A stretch of 64,000 nucleotides of DNA from an uncultured Acidobacteriota bacterium. GTDB taxonomy: Bacteria > Acidobacteriota > Blastocatellia > RBC074. The translations under genes and the position numbers were made by a program. Below are positions 10,381 to 19,822 of the stretch, one piece after another. The stretch spans positions 544,001 through 608,000 of the forward strand of contig CAWCKY010000004.1 in NCBI GenBank assembly GCA_963796275.1, in the 5' to 3' direction. Numbering within the stretch: position 1 is the stretch's first letter; each line of letters opens with the position of its first letter. The notes under the pieces are model-generated. The model was not told the DNA's origin. It ran no database searches and worked only from the letters and a program-made list of their open reading frames with translations.

Positions 10381-11511
10381 ATGGAATTAGATGAACTGAT
10401 GAAGAAGCTGACAGCATTTGATCCAGCCGGTTTCCCAGTCATCAGCCTCTATCTGAACACGCAATCGGACGAACACGGCCGCGACCATTTCGACCGATTT
10501 GTGCGCAAGCAATGTGACGAGATCGCCAAGACCTTTCCGCAGCGCTCACCGGCGCGCGCGAGTTTCGATGGCGATGTGGAAAGAATCAAGTACTACCTGG
10601 AGAACGATCTCGAGCCATCGGCCAACGGTGCGGCGATCTTCGCATGTTCGGGCGCCGGATTTTTCGAAGCGGCCCAGCTCTATGCCCCTTTCGAGCGGCA
10701 CCGCATCTCAGTCGCGAACCATCCCGATCTCTATCCGCTGGCGCGCGTGCTCAACCAGTACGACCGCTACGTCGTCCTTTTGGCCGACACCAATTCCGCG
10801 CGACTTTTCGTCTTCGGTCTGGGCAAGCAGTTAGAAGAGAGACAGATATCAAACCAGAAGACCAATCGGTCGCAGGTTGGAGGATGGTCGCAGGCCCGCT
10901 TCCAGCGGCATACGGAGAACTATCACCTGCATCACGCCAAAGAGGTCATCGATGCGCTTGAGCGGATCGTGCGCGAAGAGCAGATCAACCACATCATCCT
11001 GTCGGGCGACGAGGTAATCATTCCGCTGCTGCGCGAAAAAATGCCGAAAGAACTGACTGATAAGGTCGTAGACGTGCTACGCATCAGCATCAAGGCGCCT
11101 CAGCACGAGGTGCTGCAGGCGACGCTCGAAACTATGCGCGAGCGACAGGGGCACGACGATGCCGAACGGGTGGAGCGGTTGCTCAACGAATACCGTGCCG
11201 GCGGCCTGGCAGTCGTGGGGGCAAGCGATACGCTGAAGGCATTGGAGATAGGCCAGGTGGATGAGTTGATAATCATAGCGGATCGTGGTGCGCTCGAAGT
11301 TCAAGGAGTGATTTCCGACGGATCGCTCATTGCGACAGCGTCCGATGGCAACAGCCCGGCAGCCAGCCCGCGCGCGGTCGCCATCGCCGACCGTATGGTA
11401 AATCTCGCACAGCAGACCGCGGCTCAGATCACTTTCATCAAAGATGTTTCCCTGCTCGCCGGCGTCGGCGGGGTCGGGGCTTTCCTGCGCTATAAGGTTA
11501 ATCAGACATAA
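10381..11511 (+). CDS. Bacterial archaeo-eukaryotic release factor-like protein (baeRF / Vms1-like peptidyl-tRNA hydrolase family)
   Basis: PVISLYL N-domain, ADTNSARLF RNase H-like core, GGWSQARFQRH loop, eRF1 domain 3-like TLKALEIGQVDEL...GGVGAFLRY. Confidence 0.85.
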   Translation: MELDELMKKLTAFDPAGFPVISLYLNTQSDEHGRDHFDRFVRKQCDEIAKTFPQRSPARASFDGDVERIKYYLENDLEPSANGAAIFACSGAGFFEAAQLYAPFERHRISVANHPDLYPLARVLNQYDRYVVLLADTNSARLFVFGLGKQLEERQISNQKTNRSQVGGWSQARFQRHTENYHLHHAKEVIDALERIVREEQINHIILSGDEVIIPLLREKMPKELTDKVVDVLRISIKAPQHEVLQATLETMRERQGHDDAERVERLLNEYRAGGLAVVGASDTLKALEIGQVDELIIIADRGALEVQGVISDGSLIATASDGNSPAASPRAVAIADRMVNLAQQTAAQITFIKDVSLLAGVGGVGAFLRYKVNQT

Positions 11512-11513
11512 TT

Positions 11514-11592
11514 GACAGGTTTTCAGGATTTCTCAGGTTTTCAGTGTCAGACCTTGATACGTACGATCCTGAAAAATCCTGTCAATCCTGTC
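11514..11592. repeat. Hairpin with CAGG(A/T)TTT periodic arms
   Basis: GACAGGTTTTCAGGATTTCTCAGG ... CCTGAAAAATCCTGTCAATCCTGTC. Confidence 0.75.
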
Positions 11593-11615
11593 TACTTTCC
11601 TTAGGAGGATTTGAT

Positions 11616-12185
11616 ATGCCGAAAGACCCGGTACGCAACGTTGACCGATATAAGATTCGAGGCGGACATTTGAACGAGTTCGATTACACACGCCAGCAGA
11701 CAGAGCTCGCGCGCGAACAGGACGACCAGCCGGAGCAGAGCGGCAAGATTCCGATCCCCTCGGAACAGACCAAAGCGGACCGCATCAGACAATTGCTGCA
11801 CAAATATGGCGAGTCGGTGCCCGGCGAGAAAAAGCAAGTAGAACAACCCAGAGAAGCACCACAGGCTGAACCAGCCACAAAGATGAAGCCGGTAGCGAAA
11901 GAGAAGGCAAGGGCGGCTCGCAAGACATCGGGGGAGGCAAAGAAACCGAAGGCCAAACCGGTTAAACAGGCAGCTGCAAAGGCGGCCAAAGCGTCAAAGA
12001 AACCGGCCGCAAAAGCGGTTAAGGCGACGAAGAGATCGACTGCCGAGGCGGCGAAGAAGCCAGCAGCCAAATCGGCAGCTCAGAAGTCCGCCGGTAAGAG
12101 TCCGGCGCGCGGTAAGGCGTCAAAGGCCTCCCGTGGCGCAAGTACGGTGAAGAGTGGAAGTAAAGGTAAGAAGGCTGCCCGTTAA
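11616..12185 (+). CDS. Lys/Ala-rich histone-H1-like protein with a short N-terminal domain
   Basis: RBS AGGAGG before ATG 11616; C-terminal ~100 aa of KKPAAK/AAKAAKA repeats. Confidence 0.75.
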   Translation: MPKDPVRNVDRYKIRGGHLNEFDYTRQQTELAREQDDQPEQSGKIPIPSEQTKADRIRQLLHKYGESVPGEKKQVEQPREAPQAEPATKMKPVAKEKARAARKTSGEAKKPKAKPVKQAAAKAAKASKKPAAKAVKATKRSTAEAAKKPAAKSAAQKSAGKSPARGKASKASRGASTVKSGSKGKKAAR

Positions 12186-12473
12186 GTCTTCTTTACCTGA
12201 GGGGAAATGGCATTGAATTAATGGGAACATCCCGAACTTTTTTCAAAATGTAGCCAGTGGCTGGCCGCGCTGTGCCCGCGAGGAATATAAGAAGGTGAGG
12301 GATTGGCGCTGGTTGGGAGGCGTGGATTTCAACAGTTCAACCGTTTCAACCGCAACCGCCTGGCTAAAACCTCATCGTCGCCAAGCGACGAAAAGGCGCG
12401 CATTTCGTGCGGAAATTTTGGTAATGACAATGGTTGAACCGTTTCAACTACTTGTCATCAAACTTTTCAACCT

Positions 12474-12692
12474 GGCGCCGGAGGTGCAGTGGATTGTAGC
12501 CGGTGGTGAAGCGAAGCGTGATCACCGGACCGCCCGTCTTTATAGCCTTCGCGCCCCGGAAGGGGCGCTGGATCAGGCACGATGAAGAGAAGCTTTCGCA
12601 CTACAGAACCATCCGGCACTCCTTCCGTGGGTGCGATATAAGGGTGCACAGCCACCGGTGATTCCGCTACGCTCCACCCACTGGTATCTACA
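12474..12692. repeat. Degenerate REPIN-like palindrome (inverted GTAG-REP doublet)
   Basis: GTAGCCGGTGGTGAAGCGAAGCGTGATCACCGG and an inverted degenerate copy CCGGTGATTCCGCTACGCTCCACCCACTGGTATCTAC, with inner hairpin GCGCCCCGGAAGGGGCGC. Confidence 0.7.
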
Positions 12693-12835
12693 TAAAATCG
12701 AGAATCTCGCAATACCCCCAAACGGCGGGAGGTTATACATAATGATAGACCTCCTCTTAGCCCGATTCATGTAAACCGGTCTGAGGAGATGCCTATCATA
12801 CTGTGCCGTCTCCTGCCATCGAGGGATTTTAGTTG

Positions 12836-13001
12836 CCCCCTTGCGTTCTTCTTCGCATCGTAGACCAGGATGCGCAGCTTGCCGACAAGATCGTCGTCAT
12901 CGACGACCCGATGTCGAGCCTTGATGAACACCGCACTTTAACTACGGTGCAGGAGGTCCGGCGACTTGCAGAACGAGCCGGACAAGTCATCGTGTTTTCT
13001 A
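12836..13001 (+). pseudogene. Fragment of an ABC/SMC-type AAA ATPase (AAA_13/RloC-like)
   Basis: LAFFFAS, then a frameshift, then DQDAQLADKIVVIDDPMSSLDEHR (Walker B/D-loop) and QVIVFS; no Walker A or rest of the gene. Confidence 0.7.
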
Positions 13002-13675
13002 GCCCACCTGCGGCACTGCGGAGTTACGCTGACCTGGAGCGCCCGACAGGTAAAGTAACTTGCGAGAAATGTCTGGCTGGCACAGAAGGGACTCTCTTGG
13101 GAACGGCAGCATCTGCCCATGGTCCTCACCGGAACGAAACATTATTTTCCTGGAATGATCCGACATCAAGCCGGTTCAAGTCGTCATGTAATACTACGCT
13201 CGTTTCAGGGGTTTCGCGTAGTTGCGGTGGTGAATAAGGTGCGCCTCTGTTGGAGCGCACTGCACTTTTAATTCGAGTAGTACTTAGCCAGTCTTTTGTT
13301 ATTCATTAAAAGAGCCCCTTCACATGGTTGGTAATATCCCCCTCAATATCTACAAAGGCCAGTCGTTTCAAGAGAATGATTTCCACCAGATATATTTTCG
13401 ATTGGTAGTTGACACTTTCTTAGGCATTAAACGGTAATATCGACGGTATTGGCAGTAATCGAACATATTCCGCTTACTCCTGTCAATCCGCGGCCATCAT
13501 ATATCTGGTATCTGGCGCAGTTTAGCTACAGGTATGAAATAAAATTTTCCCTTTTCTTAGTGATCGCAACTTGAAGCTAGCCCGATATGGCGCTAGGCTG
13601 CTGCCAGCGGCTCCCAGAAACGGCACTTTTAGCATTACCAATCTTTAAGCTTAAGCCTCGCCAAACGGAGATCAA

Positions 13676-14449
13676 ATGAGAGTTACTTTATATCAAAATG
13701 CAGCCATGTCAGTTCTCAGTCTATCAATGATTTCCAATGCTGCGCTTTATCAAACACAAAGCCTGAACATCAGCAGAATACCTGCTGGTGCCGATCGTGC
13801 AGCATGGGAACTCCTCAAGAGTACCACTGACACTAATTATTATTTAACAAACATCGAGGGATTCGAAGCGGAGGTGATTGTCAACGATAACGGCTTAATC
13901 GGAAGGGGTAAGCTTCACTATGACGTTTACGAAGGTGCTGACCTACAAATGAAAGGCCTGGACGAGAAAACAACCTGGCCGGCGGAAATGATCGTAAACA
14001 TCTTAGGCCATCTTCGGCGTCCTAAGTTTGAGGGAGCGGATGGTCGGTGGCCGATAACATTTGCTGAAGATGACCATTCCCCCCTTGGTCGTCAGGTCTT
14101 ACTCCATGACGGGCCGGTGAACTCGTCATACCGCATTCGGAACGGTCGAGTCACAGAAGTTAAACGCTCAACAGGTGAAGATTTCACGATCTCCATCATA
14201 ATTGAAGAAACACCAGCTGGGGAGGGGAAGTATCTCCCAAGGCACTTCACTGTAACTTATTTTGACTCTAAGTCACATCTCATCAGGAGCTCCCAAGCAT
14301 TCACTGACGAATACCGTCAAGTTGAAAACGTTTGGTTCCCATTCAAACGCCATATCTTATGGGCCGAAAACGGTGAGGTTATTTCAAGAAGTATAGAACT
14401 TAATAACCCCAAAATTCGATTCAGAAAATCTGATGAGAGAAAGACTTAG
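13676..14449 (+). CDS. DUF3386-like protein, possibly exported
   Basis: AWELL..., SSYRIRNGRVTEVKR, GKYLPRHFTVTYFD and DEYRQVENVWFP resemble DUF3386; RBS GGAG; AT-richer than its neighbours. Confidence 0.65.
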   Translation: MRVTLYQNAAMSVLSLSMISNAALYQTQSLNISRIPAGADRAAWELLKSTTDTNYYLTNIEGFEAEVIVNDNGLIGRGKLHYDVYEGADLQMKGLDEKTTWPAEMIVNILGHLRRPKFEGADGRWPITFAEDDHSPLGRQVLLHDGPVNSSYRIRNGRVTEVKRSTGEDFTISIIIEETPAGEGKYLPRHFTVTYFDSKSHLIRSSQAFTDEYRQVENVWFPFKRHILWAENGEVISRSIELNNPKIRFRKSDERKT

Positions 14450-14588
14450 ATCCGACAACAAGGTTATTAATTGGGATCAACTGCGTAGATTATGGTGATT
14501 TTGTTCGACATGTTATTGCAGTTTGGGCGATGCGAACCAAGCTCGCCAATATGCTCGCTCAGGATAGGTATTTTGCGGTTCAGTGAAT

Positions 14589-14628
14589 AATGCAGTAGGA
14601 ATATTACAAATGCAGTAGGAATATTACA
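14589..14628 (+). repeat. Perfect 20-bp tandem duplication just upstream of a TBDR RBS
   Basis: AATGCAGTAGGAATATTACA x2. Confidence 0.9.
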
Positions 14629-14638
14629 GAGGAACATA

Positions 14639-17600
14639 ATGATAACCAAGTGTATGCGAATATTTATTGCGACATTGGTAATCGCATCGATTGTTAGCAG
14701 TTCTCAAGCGCAGACGACGACCGGCACTTTTATAGGTTACGTGACCGACGCGTTCGGCCTGTCGCTGAGGGGCGTTGCGGTCACCGCGCTCAACGAAGCA
14801 ACGGGTTTGATGCGTACCGCCACGACCAACGGAAGCGGGGAATACGTGATTGCGCTGCTACCTGTGGGAAGATATACCTTGACATTCGATATCGGGGACT
14901 TCAGACCTCGCTCGATCAGAGGAGTGGTACTGACCCTAGATCAGAGAGCCAGGGTCAACGTAGTGATGGAGGTCGGCCAGATCAACGAAATTATCACGGT
15001 TGACGGCACCAACAGCTTACCGTTGGCGAGCACCGAAACGGCCGAAGCCGGCGAAGTGATCGAGAACAAGCGCATCGTCGGGCTGCCGCTCAACGGCCGC
15101 CTCTTCCTTCAATTGGCGCAACTGACGCCCGGCGTCACAACCAATCCGCGGGGGACGTTCGGCGAACAACTAGCTGGGATATTCGGTCCGCGCATCACTG
15201 TAATGGGTGCACGTGAAACCGACAATTATTTCACGCTGGACGGCGTCACCCTTACCGACCGCTTCTATAACACACTCTCCGCACCGTTGAGCGTGGATGC
15301 CATCCAGGAGTTTAAAGTCCAATCTAACCTCTACTCTTCCGAATCGGGTACGTTCGGCGGAGCGCAGATTAACATCGCCATCAAGAGCGGCACGAACGAC
15401 CTGCACGGGTCGCTCTATGAGTTTCTGCGCAACGATGATCTCGATGCGCGAAATTTTTTCGATCGCAACATCAAACCCGAGTTCCGGCAGAACCAGTTCG
15501 GCGGGACTGTCGGCGGTCCGGTGATCAGGAATAAAGTATTCTTCTTCGGCAACTACGAGGGACTGCGTCTGGCCAAGGCGTTGACCCGGACCTTCGCGGT
15601 GCCGACCGATGATTTGCGCCGCGGCCGGTTCACGAAGGCCATTACCGACCCGCAAACCGGTTTCTTCTTCGCCGACAACATCATCCCTGACGTGCGCATC
15701 TCCCCGGTTGCGAAGGCGCTGCTGCAGTTCGTCCCGCCGGCGAACCAGTCCGGCGATACCGACAACCTCGTCGACTCCCCACAAGAGATTAACGATAGCG
15801 ATCAGTTCACGATTAGAACTGACCTACGGTACGGCGAAAACGACACGGCTTTTGCGCGCTATACGTTCTATAACGTGAACGCCTATCAGCCCTACGGCTT
15901 CGTGCAATTCGCAACCAGCCCGGTCTCGCTGCCCGGCTTTGGCACCTTTCTGCAGCAACGTACGCAAAACGTGGCGATCAGCGAGACGCACATCTTCAAC
16001 CCCAGGCTCATTGGCGAATTCAAATTCGGCATCAACCGAACCGCCGGCGGGCAGTTTCAGGAGAACAGCGACGTAGATTTCGCCACGCAGTTCAACATCA
16101 CGGGCATCAGCCGCGATCCGTTAGACCGCGGCATCCCCCGCGTCATCGTCGCGCCGTTCAACTCGTTCGGCGACGTGACCACGCCGCTCTCGCGTCGCGA
16201 CAACGACTACCAACTCAATTACAACGTCTCCGCGTTCCTCGGCAAACACAACCTGACTTTCGGCGCCATATACAAACGAGTTCAATTCAACCCCGTTATC
16301 GCGTCCAGCAAACGCGGCCAGTTCACCTTCACCGGAAACTACACAGGCGATGCATTCGCCGACTTCCTGCTCGGATTGCCGTTCAACGCTCGCGGCGGCG
16401 CGGGCGATACGCAGGTTTACCTGCGTGGCAACGAATGGCACGCCTTCGTGCATGATGATTGGAATGTGTCGGAGCGGCTGACAGTCAATCTCGGGCTGCG
16501 TTATGAGTACGCGTCACCGCTCTCCGAGAAATACAACCGCTGGTCCACGCTCGACGTCAAAAACCGCCGCGTGATCGTCGCGAGCGAAAACGGCCTGACC
16601 TATCCGCAGTCTATGTGGATTCCCGGGATTGCGCAGCAACTGGCGCCGTTGCCGATCGTCACCTCCGAAGAGGCCGGGCTGGACCGGTCGCTGGTCAATA
16701 AGGATCTGAACAACATCGCGCCTCGGGTCGGCTTCGCGTTCGACTTGTTCGGTAACCACCGGACGGTCATGCGCGGCGGATATGGCATCTTCTTCAGTAG
16801 CGCCCCATACAATTCGTTCACGCTGCAGAGCCTGGCCGCACCATTCTTCAAAGGCGTCAACGCGACCAATTCGTTGACCACTCCCGCACCGATCAATACT
16901 ATCCTGAGCAACCCGCTGCTTGGTACCCCAGGCTGGGCTTCGTATGACATCAACTTCCGCACGCCGTACTACCAACAATATAACTTCGGCGTTCAGTGGG
17001 TGCTCAGGCGGGATATGCTAGTCGAGGCGCAGTACCTGGGATCGATAGGCACAAAGCTCCATACCAACATCTTCTACAACGTGCCCGATGCGTCGTCATA
17101 CCCCACACCTTCCCCCTCGGAGCGGGCGCCCTTTCCGAACCTGGGCAACAATTCATTGCAGGCATCGGCGGGCAAGTCAAACTTTAACGCGCTGGTGCTA
17201 CGCGCTGAGAAACGGCTCTCCTTTGGGTTAATGGTGATGGGCAGCTACACCTTCTCGAAGAGCATCGACAACGACTCATTGTCCATTCAGGGGGTGTCTA
17301 CGAACCTCGATCAGAGCAACATGAAGAACCTCGAATGCGGGCTCTCGACCTTCGATATTCGACACCGTCTGGTTGCCAGCTTCACCTACGACCTGCCGTT
17401 CAAGTCCAGGAACAAAGGGATCAACACTGTACTCGGCAATTGGCAGGCGGGCGGCATCATCACTCAGCAGTCGGGGCAACCGTTCACCGTCAACATCACC
17501 AGCGATCGCGCCAACAACGGCTTGCTCAATCAGCGCCCCAATCTGATAGGGGACCCGAACCTGCCCGACGACCAGCGCACGCCCGAACGATGGTTCAACA

Positions 17601-17902
17601 CCGCCGCCTTCGCCGTGCAACCGATCGGTACGCTTGGCACTGCGGGCCGCAACATCCTGGAAGGTCCGGGGACGAGCATCGTGGACTTCTCTTTGCTCAA
17701 GAACATTCCGATTCGCGATCGCCACAAGTTACAATTCCGGGCGGAGTTCTTCAATCTATTCAACCATGCGAACTTCGACTTTCCCGGACGATTCTGCGCA
17801 GGGACAGACGCAGGCGCCCCTTGCACCGCGCCCCAGTTCGGACGAATCGGCGCGGCGCGCGACCCGCGCATCCTGCAGTTCGCGTTGAAGTACTTGTACT
17901 AA
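14639..17902 (+). CDS. TonB-dependent receptor with N-terminal carboxypeptidase-regulatory-like domain (paralog A)
   Basis: Signal peptide ..SQAQ, LPLNGRLFLQLAQLTPG, DAIQEFKVQ, IKSGTNDLHGS, C-terminal PRILQFALKYLY. Confidence 0.95.
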   Translation: MITKCMRIFIATLVIASIVSSSQAQTTTGTFIGYVTDAFGLSLRGVAVTALNEATGLMRTATTNGSGEYVIALLPVGRYTLTFDIGDFRPRSIRGVVLTLDQRARVNVVMEVGQINEIITVDGTNSLPLASTETAEAGEVIENKRIVGLPLNGRLFLQLAQLTPGVTTNPRGTFGEQLAGIFGPRITVMGARETDNYFTLDGVTLTDRFYNTLSAPLSVDAIQEFKVQSNLYSSESGTFGGAQINIAIKSGTNDLHGSLYEFLRNDDLDARNFFDRNIKPEFRQNQFGGTVGGPVIRNKVFFFGNYEGLRLAKALTRTFAVPTDDLRRGRFTKAITDPQTGFFFADNIIPDVRISPVAKALLQFVPPANQSGDTDNLVDSPQEINDSDQFTIRTDLRYGENDTAFARYTFYNVNAYQPYGFVQFATSPVSLPGFGTFLQQRTQNVAISETHIFNPRLIGEFKFGINRTAGGQFQENSDVDFATQFNITGISRDPLDRGIPRVIVAPFNSFGDVTTPLSRRDNDYQLNYNVSAFLGKHNLTFGAIYKRVQFNPVIASSKRGQFTFTGNYTGDAFADFLLGLPFNARGGAGDTQVYLRGNEWHAFVHDDWNVSERLTVNLGLRYEYASPLSEKYNRWSTLDVKNRRVIVASENGLTYPQSMWIPGIAQQLAPLPIVTSEEAGLDRSLVNKDLNNIAPRVGFAFDLFGNHRTVMRGGYGIFFSSAPYNSFTLQSLAAPFFKGVNATNSLTTPAPINTILSNPLLGTPGWASYDINFRTPYYQQYNFGVQWVLRRDMLVEAQYLGSIGTKLHTNIFYNVPDASSYPTPSPSERAPFPNLGNNSLQASAGKSNFNALVLRAEKRLSFGLMVMGSYTFSKSIDNDSLSIQGVSTNLDQSNMKNLECGLSTFDIRHRLVASFTYDLPFKSRNKGINTVLGNWQAGGIITQQSGQPFTVNITSDRANNGLLNQRPNLIGDPNLPDDQRTPERWFNTAAFAVQPIGTLGTAGRNILEGPGTSIVDFSLLKNIPIRDRHKLQFRAEFFNLFNHANFDFPGRFCAGTDAGAPCTAPQFGRIGAARDPRILQFALKYLY

Positions 17903-18006
17903 CAGCCTTAGACGAAGCCACACGGAGAGAAACGAAGGTTGGATGAATACTTCTTATCTATCCGTGTGGCTTCGTATAGGGATCAAAGATAGATACATAA
18001 CAATCG

Positions 18007-18906
18007 ATGATCAAAGCAGCTATCTCTTTCTTCCTTCTGTGTCTGAGCTACGTTGGCACCGGGTCGGCCGGGCCGGGTTCGCGTATGGGCAGTGAGGATG
18101 TCGACACTAACGGCAACGGGCGAGGTTTTGTCGGATTCATCAACCAACAGTATCTGCCTTGGAAAGAGTTTCGGGTGAAAGGAGTCGCCTCCGGACTCAA
18201 AGCCAAAACGCTCAGCCGCGATCCGAAGACCGGCGCAGTATCGCTGTTGCTTTCTTATCCGCCTGGTTGGCGAAGCAGGGCCGACAGCAACTATCACAAT
18301 GGCGATGAGGAGATATTCGTGTTGGAAGGTGACCTGACCATCGGCGAGCGTACATTGACCGACCGTTGCTACTCCTTTATTCCGGCTGGGAAGGCGCACG
18401 GCCCGATCAGCACCAGCAACGGTTGCCTGGCGCTGACCTTCTTTAGCCAGGAACCCGATGTGGTTGCGTCGACCGAATCAAGGCCCGACACGAAGATTAA
18501 CCGGACAGTCGAGTACAAAAACTATTTCGACGAGGCGTGGCAATTGGGCCTCACTCGCTCGCAATCGAAAACGCCGCCGCCGCTACTCATCAAATTGTTG
18601 CGGCAGGATGAGCAGACCGGCGCGCGGACGTGGATTGCGGGCGTGCTTGCAGACCAACCGAATTCCCTCTGGGAGAGACACCCTACATGGGAGGAAGGCT
18701 ACTTACTCGAAGGAGGATATCGCCTGGCCGAATGCCTCAATGCTAAGAGCAAATTGGGTGTATACACGCCAGGCAGTTACTTCTTCCGCCCGGCGGGCGT
18801 GGTACACGTGGGGCCGAATGCGGGCGCGAAAGGCTATGCGATCTGGTTATTCCGCACGCCCGCGAAGTTGGGTGTGGAATTTTTGGAGAAGGCGGGTTGT
18901 AGGTAA
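18007..18906 (+). CDS. Secreted bicupin (DUF4437/ChrR-like cupin), copy 1
   Basis: Signal peptide; two cupin units YHNGDEEIFVLEG...PAGKAHGP and RHPTWEEGYLLEG...RPAGVVHVGP. Confidence 0.8.
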   Translation: MIKAAISFFLLCLSYVGTGSAGPGSRMGSEDVDTNGNGRGFVGFINQQYLPWKEFRVKGVASGLKAKTLSRDPKTGAVSLLLSYPPGWRSRADSNYHNGDEEIFVLEGDLTIGERTLTDRCYSFIPAGKAHGPISTSNGCLALTFFSQEPDVVASTESRPDTKINRTVEYKNYFDEAWQLGLTRSQSKTPPPLLIKLLRQDEQTGARTWIAGVLADQPNSLWERHPTWEEGYLLEGGYRLAECLNAKSKLGVYTPGSYFFRPAGVVHVGPNAGAKGYAIWLFRTPAKLGVEFLEKAGCR

Positions 18907-18908
18907 AG

Positions 18909-19793
18909 ATGATGAAACCGAAAATTCTGCTTGCCATCATATCCATCGCCATAGCGGCGCTGTTTCAATCGGCCTGGACACAAAATGCGCCTGCTTCCTC
19001 TTCCCGAATGAGAGACCGCAACCAGTACGTTGGTTTCCTCAACGAGAGTGATCTGGTGTGGCGGCCGTTCGATGCCGAAGGAGTTCCACCGGGCGTCCAG
19101 GTCAAATTGCTAAGTCGCGACGCCAAATCGGGCGCGGCTTCGCTGCTCGCCCGTTTCCCCGCCGACTGGAGGAACGCGGCGGCTGGCTATCACGCCAGCG
19201 ACATGGAGATATTCGTGCTCAAAGGTGCGATCAAGATCGGCGATCGCCGCTTCACCGAACGCTGCTTCACATACGTCCCCGCTGGCGTTTCATACGGCCC
19301 GGTGACTGTCGATAAAGAGACGAGCGCGCTCTGGTTCTTCGACGGCGACCCTTCGTTTACGGCGTCGGCGACCTCGAGAGCTGGCGCGGCATTCAACCAA
19401 AGAGTCGAATTCAAGAGCTATTACCAGGAGCCGTGGGAAGCCGCGGTCGAGATCGGCTTCAGTAAACAGCCCGGCATTTTCATGAAGATTTTGAAACGGC
19501 TCCCGAATGACGGCCCGATGACCTGGATATCTGGAAGTTTCTCCGGTCGCCCGCCGCGCAAATACGAAGTCCATCCGAGCGCGGAAGAGGCATGGCTCTT
19601 GGAGGGCGAGTTCAATTTGGCTGAGTGCCTGCCCGAAGGCCTCAGGGTCTGGCATCTGACCAAAGGCAGTTATTTCTATCGTCCGCCCAACATTCGGCAC
19701 ATCGGCCCTCTTAGCGGCTCACGGTCTTATGCGATCTGGTTGTTCCGTACTCCATTGAAACTGGAGTCAGAGTATTCTGATGATTGCGAATAA
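18909..19793 (+). CDS. Secreted bicupin (DUF4437/ChrR-like cupin), copy 2
   Basis: Signal peptide; YHASDMEIFVLKG...PAGVSYGP and VHPSAEEAWLLEG...RPPNIRHIGP; collinear with copy 1. Confidence 0.8.
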   Translation: MMKPKILLAIISIAIAALFQSAWTQNAPASSSRMRDRNQYVGFLNESDLVWRPFDAEGVPPGVQVKLLSRDAKSGAASLLARFPADWRNAAAGYHASDMEIFVLKGAIKIGDRRFTERCFTYVPAGVSYGPVTVDKETSALWFFDGDPSFTASATSRAGAAFNQRVEFKSYYQEPWEAAVEIGFSKQPGIFMKILKRLPNDGPMTWISGSFSGRPPRKYEVHPSAEEAWLLEGEFNLAECLPEGLRVWHLTKGSYFYRPPNIRHIGPLSGSRSYAIWLFRTPLKLESEYSDDCE

Positions 19794-19822
19794 TTTTATC
19801 CCCCACTATTCAGGAGACATTC

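Noticed and set aside
12833-13237. Intact anti-phage ATPase gene
   Set aside because: Only about 50 residues match the ATPase; there is no Walker A and the rest of the ORF is unrelated.
13620-13635. CGGCACTTTTAGCA as a sigma54 promoter for the cassette
   Set aside because: GG-GC spacing is 8 nt.
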